Origin: Malacoraja senta
Lineage: Eukaryota
Assembly (NCBI GenBank): GCA_038087875.1
Contig: CM075990.1
Coordinates: 2,730,001-2,794,000, forward strand
Reading direction: 5' to 3'
DNA length: 64,000 bases
Position numbers and translations under genes: made by a program. The notes under the pieces were generated by a model, which worked only from the letters and a program-made list of their open reading frames with translations, ran no database searches and was not told where the DNA came from. How positions within the stretch are numbered: the first letter of the stretch is position 1; each line of letters begins with the position of its first letter. Of this stretch, positions 1-12,859 are shown one piece after another.

Positions 1-403
1 TGATGAGGAAATGGACGTCACGGCACATCACCTAGTGAGCAGGGAGGAGGAAGGAGGGAGATGTCTTGTGTCCTGAAGACTGCACTTGGGGATGGAGTGG
101 CAGAGTCTTGAACAACAGGCACCAAATACAATGACTCTCCTAAGCCAGCCTGACTGAGAGGTGTAAACATTATCCTGTCTGGATTGTGTCTGCTGCTTGT
201 ACTACGAAGTTCCCACCCTCTGGAGGGAGGATGACGCAGGGCTCACAGCTACTGAACAATTTCACAATTAGTTACGGTTCTTTAAGCTGCTCATTGGATT
301 GAGAATGTACTCATACAGTGCGCTTTGGAGAGCTGGAGGGGGTGCTATCGGAAAGGAAAGGCTCATACTCAATGTATACGACAGATCTGGCTACTGTCTT
401 GCA

Positions 404-680
404 ACGGCCAGAGACCCGGGTTCGATCCTGACTACGGGTGCTGTCTGTACGGAGTTTGTATGTTCTCCCCGTGACCTGCGTGGGTTTTCTCCAAGATCTT
501 CAGTTTCCTCCCACATTCCAAAGACGTACAGGTTTGTAGGTTAATTGGCTTGGTATAAAACAATGTAAGTTGTCTCTCGTGTGTGTAAGATAGTGTAAGT
601 GTGTGGGGATCACTGGTCAGTGTGGACTCGGTTGGCCTTAGGGCCTGATTCCACACTGTATCTCTAAACTAGACTAAAAC
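404..680 (+). mobile_element. tRNA-derived SINE (HE1/V-SINE-like), 5' clipped
   Basis: B box GGTTCGATCC, conserved core, CR1-like tail and (AAACT)-type end. Confidence 0.85.
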
Positions 681-758
681 CACATACTAAATGTACAGAG
701 AAAACATTCAGGTTTTCTCCACAAGCAACTTCCAACCTGTGACCTGTGTCAGCAAGGG

Positions 759-920
759 CAATAGACAATAGACAATAGACAATAGACAATTGGTGCAGGA
801 GGAGGCCATTCGGCCCTTCGAGCGTGCACCGCCATTCACTGTGAACATGGCTGATCATCCACAATCAGTACCCCGTTCCTGCCTTCTCCCCATATCCCTT
901 CAGTCCTCTATCTTTAAGAG
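759..920 (-). mobile_element. CR1 3' end
   Basis: (CAATAGA)n tail plus the 3' UTR GGCCATTCGGCCC. Confidence 0.85.
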
Positions 921-1475
921 GACCCATATCTGAGGAAGGATGTGCTGGCTCTGGAGAGGGTCCAGAGGGAGTTTACAAGAATGATCCCAGGAATGAGTGG
1001 GTTAGTGTACGACGAGTGTTTGACGGCACTGGGCCTGTACTCGCTGGAGTTTAGAAGGTTGAGGGGGGACATCATTGAAACTTACAGAATAATGAAAGGC
1101 ATAGATAGAGTGGATGTGGAAAGGATGTTTCCACTGGTGGGAGAGTCTAGGACTAGAGGTCACAGCCTCAGAATTAAAGAGCGTTCTTTTAGAAAGGAGG
1201 TGAGGAGGAACTTCTTTAGTCAGAGGGTAGTTAATCTGTGGAACTCATTGCCACAGAGGGCTGTGGAGGCCAAGACAGTGGATATTTTTAAGGCAGAGAT
1301 AGACAAATTCTTGGTTAGAACGGGGGTCTCAAGGGTTATGGGGAGAAGGCAGGAAAATGGGATTAGGAGGCAGAGATCAGCCATGATTGAATGGCGAAGT
1401 GGACTAGATGGACCGAATGGTCTAATTCTGCTCCTATAACATATTCTGCTCCTATAACATTGTGAACTTGTGACC
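921..1475 (+). mobile_element. CR1 3' fragment
   Basis: ORF 942-1439 is the CR1 ORF2 C-terminus (LGLYSLEFRRLRGD, RTRGH, LWNSLP). Confidence 0.92.
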
Positions 1476-1561
1476 AGGGTGACAGGTGTATTCATTTACC
1501 ACCATCTGTAAATTCCACTTCAACGCCATCCTGACACATTGCCAATCCTTCACCTTCTTGC

Positions 1562-1930
1562 ACTAAGGAGGCGGATGAGGGGTGATGGTATCGAGGTGTA
1601 TAAAATCATGAGAGGAATAGATCGGGTCTCTTGCCCCGAATAGGGGAATCGAGGACCAGAGGACATGGGTTCATGGTGAATAGGAATCTGAGGGGTAACT
1701 TTTTGACACAGAGGGTGGTGGGGTTATGGGATAAACTGCCAGAGGAGGTAGTTGAGGCTGGGACTATCCCAATTTTTAAGAAACAGTTAGACAGGTACAT
1801 GGATGGGACAGGTTTGGAGGGATTTGGGGCAAACACAGGCAGGTGGGACTAGTGTAGATGCGACATGTTGGTCGGTGTGGGCAAGGTGGGCCAAAGGGCC
1901 TATTTCCATGCTATATCATATGCTATGATT
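1562..1930 (+). mobile_element. CR1 3' fragment (different subfamily)
   Basis: ORF 1631-1852 contains ESRTRGH...LWDKLPEEVV. Confidence 0.85.
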
Positions 1931-2060
1931 CTTTTATCCTTTATCTGCACACTGTGTTCGGTAACTATACCGTTGCGCCACCCTGCCACTCCGGTCCTGA
2001 CCTACCATCTACCTCATTGGAGACCCTCGGACTATCTACAATCGGACTTTATCGCACTAA

Positions 2061-2693
2061 AGGGCCTGTCCCACTTACGTGTCCTTGGCACGCAAATTAC
2101 GCGACCTCGTGGTGCGCGTGACGTCGTTTGAAGATGGACACACAAAGCTGGAGTAACTCAGCGGGACCGGCAGCATCTCTGGAGAGAAGCAATGGGTGAT
2201 GTTTCGTGTCGTGTCTCTTCTTCAGTCTGAAAAGAAGGGTCTTGACCCGAAACGTCGCCCATTGCTTCTCTCCAGAGATGCTGCCGGTCCCGCTGAGTTA
2301 CTCCTGCATTTTGTGTCTACCTTCAATTTTCTTGACCCCGCTCTGGGAGTAGGAGTGGGGGGCGGATCCGGATCCGCAACGGCCGTCAGCCCCAGGCCGA
2401 GTTCGGCGATCGTTTACCTGCTTCAGCCGCTGTTGGAGGTGAGACGTTGCGTCGCGCCAGGGTCTTGGGCCTGTCCCACTTTGGCCGTCAGTTACGCGAC
2501 AGGCTGTTGGCGCGCGAAGATTTCGTTCGCGACAAAAATTTCGGAGCACCGCGCGATGTTGCGCACAACTACATACACCTCCGCTCTTCTCAGTGGGGCC
2601 GGCCCCACGCGGCCATAAGATGCCCGTGCACCTCAACGCGACCACGAGGTCGCGTAATTTGCGTGCCAAGGACACATAAGTGGGACAGGCCCT
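2061..2693. mobile_element. PIF/Harbinger-like MITE
   Basis: TIRs of about 53 bp (AGGGCCTGTCCCACTTACGTGTCCTTGGCACGCAAATTACGCGACCTCGTGGT). TAA target duplication at 2058-2060 and 2694-2696. Interrupts a Rex1-type 3' UTR. Confidence 0.9.
2132..2323. mobile_element. Fold-back element made of two inverted PLE terminal segments, nested in a MITE
   Basis: GACACACAAAGCTGGAGTAACTCAGCGGGACCGGCAGCATCTCTGG...CCAGAGATGCTGCCGGTCCCGCTGAGTTACTCC...GTGTC. Confidence 0.8.
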
Positions 2694-3371
2694 TAAAAGG
2701 TGATTCCCTTTATCATCTATCAGCAGACAGTGTACAGCTCGATTGCAATCATGGCTTTCCGCTGACTGGTTAGCTCGCAACAAGAAAGCTTTTCACTCTA
2801 CCTCGGTACACGTGACAATAAACTAAACTCAAGCTCAAACTCCAGGAAACCAAAGGTGGAAGTGAAGCGAATGGGGAAAATGCGGGGAAAAATAGCTAAA
2901 CATCGGAAGCTGCAAGGGGCAAGGAAGATAAAAGAAAAAGATCTTTGCTCTTCTGTCACTGGGCACTTTGCGTGAGATTGCAATGAAGACTGGTGCAATT
3001 CTAAACACAAAGTGGAGACATCAATGACAAAGACCTCAGTGGCAAGGGAAAGAAATAGCCCTTTCTTTCCTCTTCTGGCCCAACCTGTTAGTCAAATCAT
3101 CAATCCACGTATCATAAGCTTAGGAATTCCTTTGACATACTACAGCCTGTTATTTGTGAGTTTAATCAGATTCCTTCTTCAAATAGACTGCATTTACTGT
3201 CACTGTTTCTGATGGCTCTTGTATAATTATGTGAATTTTAATAAAACGCTCTTAAAGTAACCCGACACTGACAGCCAGGCATCACGGACATTAACCCCTT
3301 GTGTGTAGGACGGAACTGCGGATGCTGGTTTAAAACCGAAGATAGACACAAAATGCTGGAGTAACTCAGCG

Positions 3372-3571
3372 NNNNNNNNNNNNNNNNNNNNNNNNNNNNN
3401 NNNNNNNNNNNNNNNNNNNNNNNNNNNNNNNNNNNNNNNNNNNNNNNNNNNNNNNNNNNNNNNNNNNNNNNNNNNNNNNNNNNNNNNNNNNNNNNNNNNN
3501 NNNNNNNNNNNNNNNNNNNNNNNNNNNNNNNNNNNNNNNNNNNNNNNNNNNNNNNNNNNNNNNNNNNNNNN
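3372..3571. other. Assembly gap (200 N)
   Basis: Run of N characters. Confidence 1.
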
Positions 3572-3649
3572 TTTTCTATCTGATCCATTTCTCACTTCCT
3601 CACCCTCGATATCCACAACACAGACAATTCTTGTGTCATCTGCAAACTT

Positions 3650-4325
3650 CTCATTGAAACTGACAGAATAATGAAATGCATAGATACAGTAGATGTGGAA
3701 AGGATGTTTCCACTGGTGGGAGAGTCCAGGACCAGAGGCCGTAGCCTCAGAATTAAAGGGCGCTCTTTTAGAAAGGAGGTGAGGAGGAACTTCTTTAGTC
3801 AGAGGGTGGTGAATCTGTGGAACTGATTGCCACCGAGGGCTGTGGAGGCCAAGTCAGTGGATATTTTTAAGGCGGAGATAGGCAAATTCCTGATTAGAAC
3901 GGGTGTCAAGGGTTATGGAGAGAAGGCAGCAAGATGGGATTAGGAGGCAAAGATCAGTCATGATTGAACGGTGGTGTGCTCGATGGGCCGAATGGCCTAA
4001 TTCTACTTCTATAACATGAATGATTCCTCCACATTCACATCCATAAGTTCATGTGACAGGAGTTGAATTAGGCCATTCGGCCCATCAAGTCTACTCTGCC
4101 ATTCAATCATCTCTCCCTGATCTACCTCTCCCTCCTAACACCTTTCTATTAATCAAGAATCTTCCTATCTGCCTTAAAAGTATCCATTGACTTGGCCTCC
4201 ACAGCCTTCTGTGGCAATGAGTTCCACAGATTGGCCACCCTCTGACTAAAGACATTCCTCCTCATCTCCTTCCTAAAGGACGTCCTTTAATATAAGGCTA
4301 TAAACTCTAGTCCTAGACTCTCCAA
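3650..4325. mobile_element. Two CR1 3' fragments arranged tail-to-tail (+ 3650-4020; - 4043-4325)
   Basis: Both match the CR1 3' end seen at 1080-1440, in opposite orientations. Confidence 0.85.
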
Positions 4326-4475
4326 GTTGGTTACATACATTCCAAAGGTCCCTGCACCCATCCCTGTGGAACACCAGTCATCACATACTTCAAATCAGTC
4401 ACATTCTTCCACCACCTACCTCTACCTCTTATCATGAAGCAAATGTTGGAATCTCTCTTTGATGGCTCATTATGA

Positions 4476-5108
4476 TAGACAATAGACAATAGGTGCAGGA
4501 GCAGGCCATTTGGCCCTTCGAGCCAGCACCGCCATTCAATGTGTTCATGGCTGATCATCCCCAATCAGTACCCCGTTCCTGCCTTCTCCCCATCGCCCCT
4601 GACTCTGCTATATTTAAGAGCCCTATCTAGCTCTCTCTTGAAAGCATCCAGAGAACCTGCCTCCACCGCCCTCTGAGGCAGAGAATTCCACAGACTCACC
4701 ACTCTCGGTGAGAAAAAGTGTTTCCACGTGTTTCTAAATGGCTTACTCCTTATTCTTAAACTGTGGCCCCTGGTTCTGGACTCCCCCAACATCGGGAACA
4801 TGTTTCCTGCCTCTAGTGTGTCCAAGCCCTTAACAATCTTATATGTTTCAATGAGATCCCCTCTCATCCTTCTAAACTCCAGAGTGTACAAGCCCAGCTG
4901 CTCCATTCTCTCAGCATATGACAGTCCCGCCATCCCGGGAATTAACCTTGTAAACCTACGCTGCACTCCCTCAATAGCAAGAATGTCCTTCCTCAAATTA
5001 GGGGACCAAAACTGCACACAATACTCCAGGTGTGGTCTCACTAGGGCTCTGTACAACTGCAGAAGGTCCTCTTTGCTCCTATATTTGATTCCTCTTGTTA
5101 TAAAGGCA
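4476..5108 (-). mobile_element. CR1 LINE 3' fragment, nested in older CR1 remnants (about 4330-5760)
   Basis: ORF 4565-5173 contains [11 protein letters not shown]...LWNSLP. (CTATTGT)n tail. Confidence 0.92.
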
Positions 5109-5223
5109 TGATATATTATGATCCCATGTGCCTTAACCTCCTGAACCAGTCTACCACATTGGACCTTGTACATGTCTTCCTAAAGTCCATGTAGACACAT
5201 CTAAACCCCTGCATTCTCCAATC

Positions 5224-5533
5224 TTTAGTTTAGTTTAGTTTGGTTTAGAGATACAGCGCCCTTCGGCCCACGGAGCCCATGCCAACCAGCAATCCCCATA
5301 CACTAATACTATCCTACACACACTAGGGACAATTTACAGTTTTATCAAGCAAATTAACCTACAAACCTAATAGTCTTTGGAGTGTGGGAAGAAACCGGAG
5401 CACCCGGAGAAAACCCACACTGGTCACGGTGAGAACGTACAAACTCTAGACAGACAGCACCCACAGTGAGGATCGAACCGAGGTCTCTAGCTCTATAAGG
5501 CAGCAACTCTACCGCTGCACCACCATGCTGCCC
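5224..5533 (-). mobile_element. tRNA-derived SINE (HE1/V-SINE-like)
   Basis: Full copy in reverse orientation with a (TTTAG)n tail. Confidence 0.88.
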
Positions 5534-5884
5534 TTTGGTGGCTAAATCTATTTGGTCACCTCCTCTAAATATTGCTTCAAATTAATGAGGTAGAATTTCC
5601 TTCTGACAAAGCCGTATTGAATATCACTAATCCCTAATAAACATAAATCCTCTCCCTTATAATTTTCCCCGCCACTGCTGAAAGGCCTAGTGTCACCAGG
5701 TTTATCCGTGCAGCACTCCTTAAATAAGAAACAACATTAGCTATCATTAGGGAAAAGGCCTTTGTGTCTCTTGATGTGTGGTTGTACATGGGATTGGAGA
5801 GAAGTGTTCTGATAGTGCTAATATCAAGGCCTAACTAAGACATGGAGGTCTCTCCCTGTCACTTCTACCCTTGGGTGGCACTGG

Positions 5885-6188
5885 GCCGGCACGGTGGCGC
5901 AGCGGTAGAGTTGCTGCCTTACGGTGCTAGACACCTGGGTTCCATCCTGACTACGGTGCCCTTTGTACAGAGTTTGTACGTTCTTGCTGTGACCACGTGG
6001 GTTTTCCCCGGGTGCTCCAGTTTCCTCCCACACTCCAAAGACATACAGGTTTGGAAGTTCGGTAAAAATTGTAAATTGTCCCCAGTGTTTTTTATAGGAT
6101 ACTGCTAGTGTACGGGGATCGCTGGTTGACAAGGGCTCGGTGGGACGAAGGGCCTGTTTACACGCTGTATCTCAAAACTAAATTAAAC
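5885..6188 (+). mobile_element. tRNA-derived SINE (HE1/V-SINE-like)
   Basis: A box TGGCGCAGCGG, degenerate B box, core and tail. Confidence 0.88.
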
Positions 6189-6319
6189 AACTAACTACAT
6201 TCTTTGGCCTCAAAAATATAGTGTGCCTGATGAGTTGATGGGTGAGTTGATAGTAAGCTAGCAATCTTTCCACACAAAACCATCACTATGCTCTTTATTA
6301 TAATGGGAGAAGCATTATA

Positions 6320-7130
6320 AAATTAAACTCTGTACGTACATTGTTGGACAGGCCGCATTTGGAATATTGTGTGAAATTCGGGTCGCCCCATTACAGGATG
6401 TGGAGGCATTGGCGAGGGCGTAGGCAAGGTTTACCAGAATGCTGCCCGGATTAGAGCATATTAGCTCAGAGAAGAGGTTGCTCAGACTTGGCTTGTTTTC
6501 ACTGGAACATCAGAGGTTGATGGGAGACCTCATAGAAGTATATAAAATCATGAGGCATAGTTGGGTGATACTTCATCCCAAATATCAAAGACTAGAGGAC
6601 ATAGATTTATGGCAAGAGGGACAAAGTTTAAAGGAGATGTGCAGGGAAAGTCTATTAACACAGATGGTGGTAAGGAAATGTCTATCGTCAGAGGGTGGCG
6701 AATCTGTGGAATTCATTGCCACAGATGGCTGTGGAGGCCAAGTCAATGGATATTTTTTAAGTTGGAGACTTGCAGATTCTTGATTAGTATGGGTCTCAAT
6801 GGTTATGGGGAGAAGGCAGGAGAATGGGGTTGAGAGGGAAAGATAGATCAGCCATGATTGAATGGCGGAGTCGACTTGATGGGCCTAATGGCCTTATTCT
6901 GCTCCTGTCACTTATGAACCTTATGAGTGCCTGGAACGCGCTGCTGGGGGTGGTGGTGGAGGCAGATACAATAGTGGCATTTAAGAGGCTTTTAGATAGG
7001 CACATGGATATGCAGGGAATGGAGGGATATGGACCAGGTGTCCACAAATGAGCTCAGTATACATGTCAAGTTCGGCACAGAAACAGTGGGCCAAAGTGCC
7101 TGTGCTACACTTTCCTTTGTTCTACGTTCT
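6320..7130 (+). mobile_element. CR1 fragment with a nested younger CR1 3' end (about 6672-6925)
   Basis: ORFs 6439-6783 and 6824-7051 are CR1-like, with an internal 3' UTR. Confidence 0.85.
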
Positions 7131-7269
7131 ATGCCTGTGTGAATGATGCATAAACAATGAGCTGATGAACAAAAAAAGGGTGAAGGAAAATAAAACAACA
7201 AACTCAGGAAAATGAAAACAAATAGTAAAATTGAGATGGGGGGGGGAGGATGGATATGACCATCAGTGG

Positions 7270-7510
7270 GTTAGTTTAGCTCAGTTTAGTTTAGATATAC
7301 AGAGCGGAAACAGGCCCTTCGGCCCACCGATTCCGCGCCGACCAGCGATCACCCGGTACACTGGGACTATCCCACACACGAGGGACGCATGTCTTTGGAG
7401 TGTGAGAGGAAACCGGTGAGCCCGGAGAAAAAGCATGCAGGTCACGGGGAGAATGTCATGATCGAACTCTCGCTGTGAGGCAGCGACTCTACCGCTGCGC
7501 CACCGTGCGC
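7270..7510 (-). mobile_element. SINE (internally deleted)
   Basis: Head and tail match the family. Confidence 0.8.
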
Positions 7511-7964
7511 GATTCACAATGACCCACAAGTATGGCGTTACCCTAAGTGTCCATGTCATTATAAGGCCTCATCTGACCTTGCCTAGTCTCATTCAACAAC
7601 TGCTAGCACCCAATTGCCCGAGACAACTGTCGCGCAGCTGTAGGGGGTTGTTCCCTTTTTAATAGCATTCAAATGCACAATAGCAAATCCCCAGCGCTGG
7701 CGCGGGGGGGCCTGAATATAGAGGCCTTCCAGGAGTGCAAGGCGGAGACTTCATTGTATTTTAAAACATGTCCCACTATATCAAGCAGCTTCCCCAACAG
7801 ACAGCTCCATCTCCATCTCAAAGCTCCCGGAGCAGAGATGTGAAAAACAACAAAAGGCCCGACAAGCCTTGAGTCCTGATTGATATTATATCAAATTAAA
7901 ACGCTGTTCTGCGGCCAACTCCACACACACAAATACGGCCGCCTCTCCTTCTCCTCCCTGCGCG

Positions 7965-7997
<33 letters not shown>

Positions 7998-7999
<2 letters not shown>

Positions 8000-8530
8000 G
8001 CCCGCTCTTTCAGTCACCATCTCGGAGATTGCAAGTCATTTCCAATCCGTCGTGGTATTGATCTTTCACTGGGAATCAGTTTTCTAATTAGCTGCAAATT
8101 AGGCTTTCTACTGGGGGTAAGGCCTGTCCCCCTGATTTATCACTGGAATAATTCACAGCGATTGGAGGGAAATTAAAATGAACTCAATTAAGCAACTAGT
8201 TTGCTTTATGGGCTTGGATGGAGTTTCAGACGAAAAATTAATAGTCTCTTGTTGTTTAATAGTCTAATGAAAGTAAATAAAGGTTATCCATTGTAATAAG
8301 GCAGCAGCCATAAAAAGTTGTATACAACCCTAGACTTCATTTATGATGCTTCAGATTCATTGTGACATTCTACTGTAATTTATTTTCCATTAAGATAAAC
8401 AGCCCCTGTGTAGCTCCTTACTTCAAAGGGAATGTGTATTATCAAGACACCAGAGCAGCTCGGCAAGATGCAAACCTGACACATTCTCTGGTGAACGGCG
8501 CTTGCAATTCCTTGTATTGAAAAATACAAT
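7998..8530. promoter_or_regulatory. Candidate conserved non-coding element / intronic enhancer
   Basis: Repeat-free, AT-rich and dense in homeodomain-type motifs: TGATTTAT at 8133-8140, TTTATGG at about 8205, GCCATAAA at 8307-8314 and several TAAT/TAATTA. Conservation not verified. Confidence 0.5.
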
Positions 8531-8555
8531 TCATTCATTCTAGATGCAGATCTGA

Positions 8556-9363
<808 letters not shown>

Positions 9364-9424
9364 ATGTAAATATGGGCTTTATGTACACACTGAGCATTAC
9401 TTCATTATGTCAAATGTTTAGGAT

Positions 9425-9531
9425 ATATTTTCAGTTTATTATTGTCACATGTACAGAGTTACAGTGAAAAGCTTTGTTTTCATGCCTTCCAATCCGATCA
9501 GATAATATTGTACATAAATATAACCATATAT

Positions 9532-9562
<31 letters not shown>

Positions 9563-9855
9563 GCACATTGTAGCACATCAGTTCCAGAGACAAAGTCCAA
9601 TGTCCGCAATGGGGTAGAGATGAATGGGACAGTACCCTAGCTAATGGAAGGACCTGACAACAGAGAGGAACAAGCTGTTCCTGAGTCTGGCAGTGCACAC
9701 CTTTATGCTTCTATACCTTTTGCCCAACGGGACAAGGAGAAGATGGAATAACCAGGGGTGGGACAAGTCTATAATTACATTGGCTGATTTTCCAAGGCAG
9801 AGTGAGGTGTAGATGGAGTCAATGGTGGGGAGTCTCGTCCGTGTGATATCAATTA
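9425..9855 (-). mobile_element. Rex1/Babar LINE 3' fragment
   Basis: ORF 9641-9907 contains TRLPTIDSIY...GKRYRSIK...RLRNSLF. Confidence 0.8.
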
Positions 9856-10057
9856 TGGATCTCAGCTTTTCCAAAGCATTATTGCAGATCTTTATCACAG
9901 CCTTCATTTGTTAAATGTTGTAATTTGATTATATATCATGCATAATAACACGGTTTGGAAATTTGCATTCTTGTAGACCATGTGTGGCTTTTACTGGACG
10001 GCATTCACGATACCAAACCCAAGAGCACTGCACAGATAACGTTCAGCCTTTAGACTT

Positions 10058-10337
10058 TGGAGATACAGTGCGGAAACAGACCCTTCAGCCCAATGAGTCC
10101 ACGCTGACCAGCGATCACCCTGTATACCAGCACTATCCTACACACGAGGGACAATTTGCAATTTTACCAAAGCCAAAGAACCTGCAAACCTGGAAGCTTT
10201 GGGAGGAAACCGGAGAAAACCCATGTGGTCACAGGGAGAACGTACAAACTCTGTACGGACAGCACCCATAGTCAGGATCGAACCCGGGTCTCTGGCGCTG
10301 TAAGGCAGCAACTCTACCGCTGCATCACCGTGCTGCC
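10058..10337 (-). mobile_element. SINE
   Basis: Full-length family match. Confidence 0.85.
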
Positions 10338-11095
10338 CGACATCCCTGGCTAATGGTCTGTATCTAAGGCTGCAATTGAAACTGTACTCAGGCAAAGCTG
10401 AGGGACAAGAAAACTCTCATTACACATTCCACCATTGGGCAACATTTCCCATTTGTAAACTTTCTCAGTAAGGCCACATACTATAGATTTCTCAGTGCGA
10501 ATGTTCTCATTATTAACTCACTATAAGCTTTCTTGTAACCAATTCAATCAAAATCAACACTCAAAAATCTCTGCCATACTTCTCTAAACTCTCTCACTAT
10601 AAAGTACGTCATTATAAAATCCTTTCTGATAAAGTCCCACTGTAAATCCTCTTGCTATTACCTTTCTGTCCAAATCCATTCACAAATGCTCACACTATAT
10701 AATCTCCCTCTATAAAGCTTCATTCCAAACTCAATCAATCTATATGCTCATTATGAATGTGATCATTATATACTCAATACAAACTCAATCAATATGAACT
10801 CTCTTCCTATCACAATAAACCCCAATTAAAACTCATTAAAAACTCTTTCAAAATTAATTAATTAATTAATGCTCTCACCGTCTATTTGGTGCGAGGGTGT
10901 AGTCTTGTGGGAGGCTGGGGTGGGGGGATTCTAATGATAAATGGCAAGGGAGACAACATGGTCACAATGTCTGGTCCAGAAGGGGTGGTTTTTTTTAATA
11001 CAGTGAGGCTTAATGATCCTGGGTGGACCCTGAAGAAGGGTCTCGACCCCAAACATCACCTGTTCCTTCTCTCCAGAGACGCTGCCTGTCCCGCA

Positions 11096-11420
11096 GTCCT
11101 GCAGAACCAGGGGCCACAGTTTAAGAATAAGGGGTGGGCCATTTAGAACGGAGATGAGGAAAAACTTTTTCACCCAGAGAGTTGTGAGTCTGTGGAATTC
11201 TCTGCCTCATAAGGCAGCAGAGGCCAATTCTCTGGATTCTTTCAAGTGAGAGTTAGATAGAGCTCTTAAAGATAGCGGAGTTAAGGGATATGGGGAGAAG
11301 GCAGGAATGAAGTACATTGTGGATGATCAGCCATGATCACAGTGAATGGCGGTGTTGGCTCGAAGGGCCGAATGGCCTACTCCTGCACCTATTGTCCATT
11401 ATCTATTGTCTATTGTCTAT
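11096..11420 (+). mobile_element. CR1 3' fragment inserted into a PLE terminal segment (11029-11095 and 11422-11480)
   Basis: CR1 3' end with a (CTATTGT)n tail splits ...GCTGCCTGTCCCGC from TTACTCCAGCATTTTGTG. Confidence 0.85.
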
Positions 11421-11554
11421 TATTACTCCAGCATTTTGTGTCTACCTTCGATTTAAACCAGCATCTGCAGTTATGTCCTACGCTGGTATGGATCCAGGTA
11501 TGGATTAGCAAGATCTGGAAATGCCTGTTTAAGCTAGATGCGCATTAGCTAAAC

Positions 11555-12700
11555 TCTTTGACTCTTACAAACTTCCACTGATGCACCATTGAAAGCAGAC
11601 TAACGGGCTGCATCACAGCTTGGTTTGGTTACAGCTCTGCCCAAGACGATAAGGAATTGCACAGAGTTGTGGATGTGGCCCTAACCATCACACAGACCAG
11701 ACTCCCCACCATTGACTCCATCTGCATTTCACGCTGCCTTGGAAAAGCTGCCAACGTAATCAAAGACCTTTCTCAACCTCGGCCATTCCTTCTTCTTCCC
11801 ACTCCCACCCGGGCATTAGATACACAAGCTTAAAAGCACGCACCACCCGACTCAGGAACAGCTTCTTTCCCACTGTCATCAGGCTTCTGAACGGTCCTTC
11901 CATAAGCTAGGGCACTGTACAATTCATCAGAGTCAGCGGGATATGGGAGAAGGCAGGAACGGGAGGTACTGATTGGGGATGATCAGCCATGATCACATTG
12001 AATGGCGGTGCTGGCTCGAAGGGCCGAATGGCCTACTCCTACACCTATTGTCTATTGTCTATTGTCTATCTCTACCTCAATGTGGACATTAGAATTTCTC
12101 TCTGCATCTGGTACAAGGATATTCTCCATTCTATATCTTTCCCTTTGCTCTAGCTATTAATCTTGAAGGTACACAAAAATGCTGGAGAAACTCAGCGGGT
12201 GCAGCAGCATCTATGGAGCGAAGGAAATAGGCAACGTTTCGGGCCGAAACCCTTCTTCAGACTGATAGGGGGTGGGGAGAAGAAAGGAAAAAAGGAAAAA
12301 GGCAGAGGAGGAGCCTGAGGGCTGGGGGAGGGGAGGAGACAACCAGATGGCTGATGAAGGGGAGGGGACAGCAAGGGCTAGCAGAATTGGGAGAATTCAA
12401 TGTTCAAGCCCCCAGGATGTAGACTGCCCAAGCGGAATATGAGGTGCATTTCCTCCAATTTACGGTGTTGCTCGCTGTGGCCATGGAGGAGACCCAGGAC
12501 AGAGAGGTCAGATACGGAATGGGAGGGGGAGTTGAAGTGCTGAGCCACCGGGAGGTCAGGTTGGTTATTGCGGACTATTAACACTATTAATCTTGAGTTT
12601 GGCTTGATTGCACTTGAGCAGAGTATTGTCTGATTTGATTGAATAGTGTACAAAATAAAGTTTTTCACTGTACCTCAGTAGATGTGACAATATTAAACCT
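11555..12700 (+). mobile_element. Rex1/Babar LINE 3' fragment, interrupted by a CR1 end (11928-12068) and a PLE fragment (12167-12574)
   Basis: Degenerate frame LTNFH*CTIESRLTGCITAWFG...RTTRLRNSFFPTVIRLLN, typical of the Rex1/Babar ORF end. Tail TTTCACTGTACC...GTGACAATA. Confidence 0.8.
12167..12574 (-). mobile_element. PLE 3' fragment (GIY-YIG C-terminus plus hammerhead-bearing end), same subfamily as 39764-41722
   Basis: Encodes VRNNQPDLPVAQHFNSPSH...EEMHLIFRLGSLHPGGLNIEFSQFC. Flanked by a 13-bp direct repeat CTATTAATCTTGA at 12154-12166 and 12584-12596. Confidence 0.9.
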
Positions 12701-12859
12701 AAACCAAGAGAGCCTGTGAACGACAAGAGCACTGGGGATGAGGAAGCTAAGAGCTGGAGGTTTATCTGGAATCTGGACAATTTAGAAGCAACTTAAATGA
12801 AGAGTTGTCCAAGAGATGAACGTGGAAGGATGTTGGTTATAATTGTTATTAGATTGGTG

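Noticed and set aside
3227..3616. ORFs spanning the N run
   Set aside because: They are artefacts of the assembly gap, and adjacency across the gap is uncertain.
8118..8131. TAAGGCCTGTCCCC resembling the MITE TIR
   Set aside because: There is no partner inverted repeat or TSD nearby; it is probably a chance match within unique sequence.
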